From positions 1-58,678 of the forward strand of contig DVHP01000086.1 in NCBI GenBank assembly GCA_018711945.1: a stretch of 58,678 nucleotides of DNA, given 5' to 3'. This DNA comes from Candidatus Ventrenecus avicola (GTDB lineage: Bacteria > Bacillota_I > Bacilli_A > RF39 > UBA660). A model generated the notes under the pieces. That model had not been told where the DNA came from and made no database searches. It saw only the letters and a program-made list of their open reading frames with translations. The position numbers and the translations under genes are program-made. The first letter of the stretch is position 1. Each line of letters starts with the position of its first letter. Shown piece by piece: positions 54,730 to 58,678 of this stretch.

Positions 54730-54758
54730 TTGATTTACGAATGCTTTTTTGTTATAAT
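54730..54758 (+). promoter_or_regulatory. sigma-A promoter of the M23 peptidase operon
   Basis: TTGATT (54730-54735), 17-nt spacer, TATAAT (54753-54758). Confidence 0.55.
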
Positions 54759-54780
54759 GAATTAGTCGAAAGGATACATT

Positions 54781-56319
54781 ATGAAGAAGAAAGATAAAAT
54801 CATTGTTGCGATTGTTACTGTTTGTATGGTTTTGATAGTCGTACTAATTGGAATTCATAAAGAACCTTCTACTCCTAGAAGTGTTTATCAAGTTTACTTA
54901 GATGGACAAAAAATAGGGTTGGTAGAAGATAGAGACGAACTATTAAATTTAATTAATGAAGAACAACAAGAAATTAAGGATACTTATGCGGTTGATCAAG
55001 TTTATCCACCAAATGGGTTTGATATTTTAGAATATGTTACTTATGATGAAAATATTTCTTCGGCAAAAGAAATTTATAAAGAGATTCAAGAACAGAGTGA
55101 TTTCACGGTGGAAGGCTATGAAATTACTATTACCTCACCGGCTACAGAAGGTGAAGAAGAAACTGTTACTAAGATAGCTGTGTTGGATGATCAAGTTTTT
55201 TATGATGCAGAGTATCAATTTATTACTACATTCGTTAATGAAGAAGATTATAATGCATATATTACTAATACTCAAGAAGAAATTACGACAGTTGGTACTT
55301 ATATTAAACATATGGAATTTGAAGAATCTATTACTGTAAAACAGGCTTATATTTCTGTGAAAGATAAAATATTTACAGATGCTGATGAGCTTACTCAATA
55401 TCTTCTTTATGGAACTACGGATACTCAAGAAAATTATACCGTAAAGCAAGGGGATACTTTGGCTTCTATTGCTGAAGCTAGTAAGCTAAATGTACGAGAA
55501 CTATTAATCGCGAATCCGAAGTATCGTAATGAAAATGCAGTTCTTGCGATTGGGGATACGATCTCTAATAGTATTATTGATCCGATTTTAACTTTGGTTC
55601 AAGAAGTACGAGCAGTCGAAGATGTGGAGCAAGCTTATACGAAGAAGAGTGTTGTGGATAATTCCTTGAAGACTGGAGAAAGTGTTGTGACTCAAGCAGG
55701 AGTGACAGGACTTGAGCGAGTTACTCAAGAACTTCGTATTATTAATGGAGAGCGTTCTCAGGATACTACATTGATTGATTCTGAGACAATTCGGGCTGCT
55801 GTAGAAGAAGTAACGGCTGTCGGTCCAAGTTATAATCCTGCTAATTCTTGGACTGGGAATAGTGGAACAGGTGGTGTCATTAGCACTGGACTTTCTTGGT
55901 CTTGGCCAACAAATACTCCGTATATTATTACGACAAATTATGAATGGCGTTGGGGTTCTTTCCATGATGCACTTGATATTTCAGGTCCAGGATTTAATTC
56001 TCCAATTTATGCTGCACGTGGAGGAACCGTTGTAGAAACATATAATGGCTGTGCTGATTATGGTTGGTATGGTAGTAGCTGTGGTGGTAGTTATGGTAAT
56101 TATGTTGTGATTCGTCATGAAAATAATTATTATACCTTATATGCTCATTTAAAAAGTAATTTGGAAGTTAGTGTAGGAAGTGTGGTTTCTCAAGGACAAC
56201 TTATTGGTCATATGGGGTCAAGTGGCTCTTCTACCGGTGCTCATTTACATTTTGGCTTTGCTGTTGGTATGCCAAACCATGGTGGAAGATGGTATAGTCC
56301 ATGGAGTTTGTTCCGATGA
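54781..56319 (+). CDS. M23 family metallopeptidase with N-terminal membrane anchor, LysM and G5-like domains
   Basis: 512 aa. LysM YTVKQGDTLASIAEASKLNVRELL. M23 motifs HDALDI ... GNYVVIRHENNYYTLYAHL ... GSSTGAHLHF. Confidence 0.88.
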   Translation: MKKKDKIIVAIVTVCMVLIVVLIGIHKEPSTPRSVYQVYLDGQKIGLVEDRDELLNLINEEQQEIKDTYAVDQVYPPNGFDILEYVTYDENISSAKEIYKEIQEQSDFTVEGYEITITSPATEGEEETVTKIAVLDDQVFYDAEYQFITTFVNEEDYNAYITNTQEEITTVGTYIKHMEFEESITVKQAYISVKDKIFTDADELTQYLLYGTTDTQENYTVKQGDTLASIAEASKLNVRELLIANPKYRNENAVLAIGDTISNSIIDPILTLVQEVRAVEDVEQAYTKKSVVDNSLKTGESVVTQAGVTGLERVTQELRIINGERSQDTTLIDSETIRAAVEEVTAVGPSYNPANSWTGNSGTGGVISTGLSWSWPTNTPYIITTNYEWRWGSFHDALDISGPGFNSPIYAARGGTVVETYNGCADYGWYGSSCGGSYGNYVVIRHENNYYTLYAHLKSNLEVSVGSVVSQGQLIGHMGSSGSSTGAHLHFGFAVGMPNHGGRWYSPWSLFR

Positions 56320-57098
56320 AAACTGTGGTATTAGCAAGTGGAAGCGAAGGGAATTCCACTTTCTTTTCTTATCAAAACGAGAAAATCTTGTTAGATATTG
56401 GAAAGAATGCAAAGTATATTAAAGAGAAACTACTAGAAATTGGAGAAAATCCCCAGGATGTTACAGCTATTTTAATCAGTCATACGCATGATGATCATGT
56501 GAGTGCTTTAAGAGTGTTTTTGAAAAGCTTTCATCCTAAAGTTTATGTGACTGAGAAGATGTTTTATGATTTGGAATGCTTGAAAGACTATCCTAATGTT
56601 GTGATTTATGATGATGATTTCTATTTGGGAGATGTGAAGGTAACTACTATTCGTACTAGTCATGATGCAAGTGATTCTCGCAACTTTGTTTTGTCGGCTG
56701 GAGATGAGTCTTTGGTATACTTAACTGACACGGGATATTTGAATCGAAAATATTTTCCGGTTTTAGAAAATAGAACGTATTATTTAATGGAAAGCAATCA
56801 TGATATTGAAATGCTTATGAATGGCCCTTATCCAAAGTGGCTTAAGCAACGAGTACTTGGAACGCTGGGTCATCTTTCTAATAAGGATAGTAGCTTTTAT
56901 TTGTCCAAGTTAATTGGCAATAAAACAGAAAAAATTATATTAATGCATTTATCCAAACATAATAATACAGAAGAAAAAGCATTACAAACATTGGAAGAGA
57001 CTTTCGGTGAATACGATATTTCTTTTACAAATATTGTGTGTGCGAAACAAAATGAGATTACGAAGGTGTGCAATGATCAGGATCGTGTGTGTCGGTAA
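56316..57098 (+). CDS. MBL-fold metallo-hydrolase (YycJ/WalJ-like)
   Basis: About 260 aa. ATGA overlap with the M23 gene. MKTVVLASGSEGNS. HTHDDH motif. Confidence 0.88.
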   Translation: MKTVVLASGSEGNSTFFSYQNEKILLDIGKNAKYIKEKLLEIGENPQDVTAILISHTHDDHVSALRVFLKSFHPKVYVTEKMFYDLECLKDYPNVVIYDDDFYLGDVKVTTIRTSHDASDSRNFVLSAGDESLVYLTDTGYLNRKYFPVLENRTYYLMESNHDIEMLMNGPYPKWLKQRVLGTLGHLSNKDSSFYLSKLIGNKTEKIILMHLSKHNNTEEKALQTLEETFGEYDISFTNIVCAKQNEITKVCNDQDRVCR

Positions 57099-57510
57099 AA
57101 TTAAAGAACGCTATTTAACAGAGATGATAGAAGATTATTACAAGAGAATTTCTAAATATCAAAGGATAGAAATTATTGAAGTCAAAGACGTAGGAACTTT
57201 GGAGAGTGAAAAATCTTTGATTGAAAAGCATTTGAATTCTAAAGATTATATTATTACTTTAGAAATCCTTGGTAAGGAATATTCTAGTGAAGAGTTTGCT
57301 ACAAAGATTTGTGATATTTTCAATCATTATCCTAATATTACGTTTGTGATCGGTAGTTCTTTGGGGCTTCATGAAGATATAAAGAGGCGAGCTAATCTAG
57401 CTTTATCGTTTTCTAAGTTTACTTTTCCACATGGCTTGTTTCGAGGAATTTTATTGGAACAGATTTATCGCGCATTTAAAATTATCAATCATGAGACGTA
57501 TCATAAGTGA
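57073..57510 (+). CDS. rlmH: 23S rRNA (pseudouridine1915-N3)-methyltransferase
   Basis: 145 aa. MIRIVCVGKIKERYL N-terminus. SPOUT C-terminus IGSSLGL...LSFSKFTFPH...EQIYRAFKI. Confidence 0.9.
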   Translation: MIRIVCVGKIKERYLTEMIEDYYKRISKYQRIEIIEVKDVGTLESEKSLIEKHLNSKDYIITLEILGKEYSSEEFATKICDIFNHYPNITFVIGSSLGLHEDIKRRANLALSFSKFTFPHGLFRGILLEQIYRAFKIINHETYHK

Positions 57511-57518
57511 GGTGGATT

Positions 57519-58328
57519 ATGACATTAGAAGAGTTAAAAAAGTGTAAGGTTGGAATTACTCATTCCGGTTCTTTTCATACAGATGATGTGTTTTCGGCAG
57601 CTTTCTTGCAACTTATTGTTCCTGATATTCAGATTAAGAGAGTTCATGAGGTACCCGATGATTTTTCCGGCATCGTTTTTGATATTGGACTTGGAGAATT
57701 TGATCACCATATGAGTGATAACGAGAAACGGAGTGATGGCATTCCTTATGCTTCTTTTGGTAAGCTTTGGCGTGCTTTTGCACCAGAGCTTTATGGTGAG
57801 AAAGTTTATCAAAGAATTGATAAATCTTTTATAGAGGGCCTTGATTTATCCGATAATACAGGAAAATATGATAGTCTTTGCTCGGCTATTGAATCTTTAA
57901 ATCCGCTTGACCGGGATGCGACAGGTGATACAGAATTTTTTGCAGCAGTGGAATTTGCCAAGAAAGTATTAAATCAAAAGATTCAAAAGCAGTTACGAAA
58001 TTTAGAAGAAGAAAAGTATGTATTAAGTATTTATGAAACGATGGAAGATAAACGAATTGTTATTTTACCGAAATATGCATCTTTTTATGAGGTATTACCT
58101 AATACAGAAGCGATCTATGTTGTTTATCCTTCTAAGAGAGGAGGCTACTCTGCTCAAGGTGTGACAAAAAGTCCAGATACCATCGAATTAAAGAAAGATT
58201 TTCCAAAAGAATGGGTCGAAAAATTACCAAGTTGTTTGCGCTTTTGTCATAATAGTCGATTTTTGATTTCAGCAGATACTCTAGAAGACATTTTAAAAGC
58301 GTGTAAAGAAGCTCTAGATACTAATTAA
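57519..58328 (+). CDS. MYG1/UPF0160 family metal-dependent hydrolase
   Basis: 269 aa. GITHSGSFHTDDVFSAAFL and FDHH motifs. GAGGTGG RBS. Confidence 0.8.
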   Translation: MTLEELKKCKVGITHSGSFHTDDVFSAAFLQLIVPDIQIKRVHEVPDDFSGIVFDIGLGEFDHHMSDNEKRSDGIPYASFGKLWRAFAPELYGEKVYQRIDKSFIEGLDLSDNTGKYDSLCSAIESLNPLDRDATGDTEFFAAVEFAKKVLNQKIQKQLRNLEEEKYVLSIYETMEDKRIVILPKYASFYEVLPNTEAIYVVYPSKRGGYSAQGVTKSPDTIELKKDFPKEWVEKLPSCLRFCHNSRFLISADTLEDILKACKEALDTN

Positions 58329-58435
58329 TGCTTCTTTTTTTCGACAAAAGATGACAAAAGTTGCCAAAATCTCTCGTTGCCTTTTTGTTTTTCAGTCTTT
58401 AGAATAGAAAGACATAAAGACAAGGAAGTGAAATT

Positions 58436-58678
58436 ATGACTGCTACTCTAGTAAAAGAAGAAATAAAAAACGAAAACATTAATTTAATGAATGATGCTTT
58501 AGCAAAAAGTATATTAAGGAGTAAAGAAGCAAGAGGACCAGTGATTAAATTTTTAAGTGGGATTACCCATATTCCCAAAAGAAAATTTAATGATGCTTTG
58601 TTTGTTGGTGGAGAAATACCAAAGAACCATAAAAAAGAAAAAGGAAAAGCGAGTGATGTCATGTGTATCCTGAAAGAT
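58436..58678 (+). CDS. Rpn / PD-(D/E)XK nuclease-family putative transposase, 5' part only (runs off the window)
   Basis: Open frame of 81 codons from ATG 58436 with AAGGAAGTG RBS. LMNDALAKSIL...FLSGI...KGKASDVMCILKD resembles the N-termini of this family. The minus-strand ORF 58399..58662 is its shadow. Confidence 0.45.
   Translation, partial: MTATLVKEEIKNENINLMNDALAKSILRSKEARGPVIKFLSGITHIPKRKFNDALFVGGEIPKNHKKEKGKASDVMCILKD

Noticed and set aside
55135-55965. Minus-strand ORFs of 104 and 125 aa inside the M23 peptidase gene
   Set aside because: Antisense shadows with no signals.
58399-58662. 87-aa minus-strand ORF at the right edge
   Set aside because: Antisense to the better-supported plus-strand Rpn-like frame, which has an RBS and family-like sequence.
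1-58678. Prophage, ICE or genomic island with defined borders; known anti-phage defence systems
   Set aside because: No integrase, recombinase, capsid/terminase or conjugation genes, and no matching direct repeats that I could find by eye. None of the gene sets matches a defence system I recognise (no RM, Cas, Abi, retron RT, CBASS, Gabija or similar signatures). The DUF4143-type ATPase and the NUDIX, MazG and HD genes are too generic to call as defence.

Overview
58.7-kb chromosomal window from a low-GC (roughly 30% GC by eye) Bacillota-type genome. Conserved housekeeping blocks: nrdD-nrdG, rsgA, rarA, addB-addA, rpsF-ssb-rpsR, rplI-dnaB, an M23 peptidase/MBL hydrolase/rlmH/MYG1 block, and helD. 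Between them lie lineage-specific or accessory genes. The largest accessory block (about 25.9-39.8 kb) is a cell-envelope stress island. It holds two Bce-type modules (OmpR-family regulator, intramembrane-sensing kinase, ABC ATPase, FtsX-type permease), the second with two tandem permeases. A VanZ-RDD protein and a histidine-phosphatase/glycosyltransferase fusion sit between the modules. I see no rRNA, no CRISPR array, no canonical tRNA, no integrase and no intact IS or prophage; only a partial Rpn/PD-(D/E)XK transposase-like gene at the right edge. I found no clear multi-gene novel system. The leads most worth a second look, all unverified hypotheses: (1) a stand-alone promoter-to-terminator unit encoding a truncated tRNA-Trp-like RNA without a D-arm; (2) a class III ribonucleotide reductase whose glycyl-radical segment is a separate 56-aa ORF created by a local duplication; (3) a PP-loop protein translationally coupled to a stand-alone MurD-family ligase (possible MurL/MurD2-type pair); (4) a 758-aa sigma-70 protein with extra N- and C-terminal modules and an internal RBS plus ATG; (5) a dispersed uncharacterised coiled-coil paralogue family; (6) several decay or rearrangement scars. 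All functional calls come from motif recognition by eye; no database search was run.
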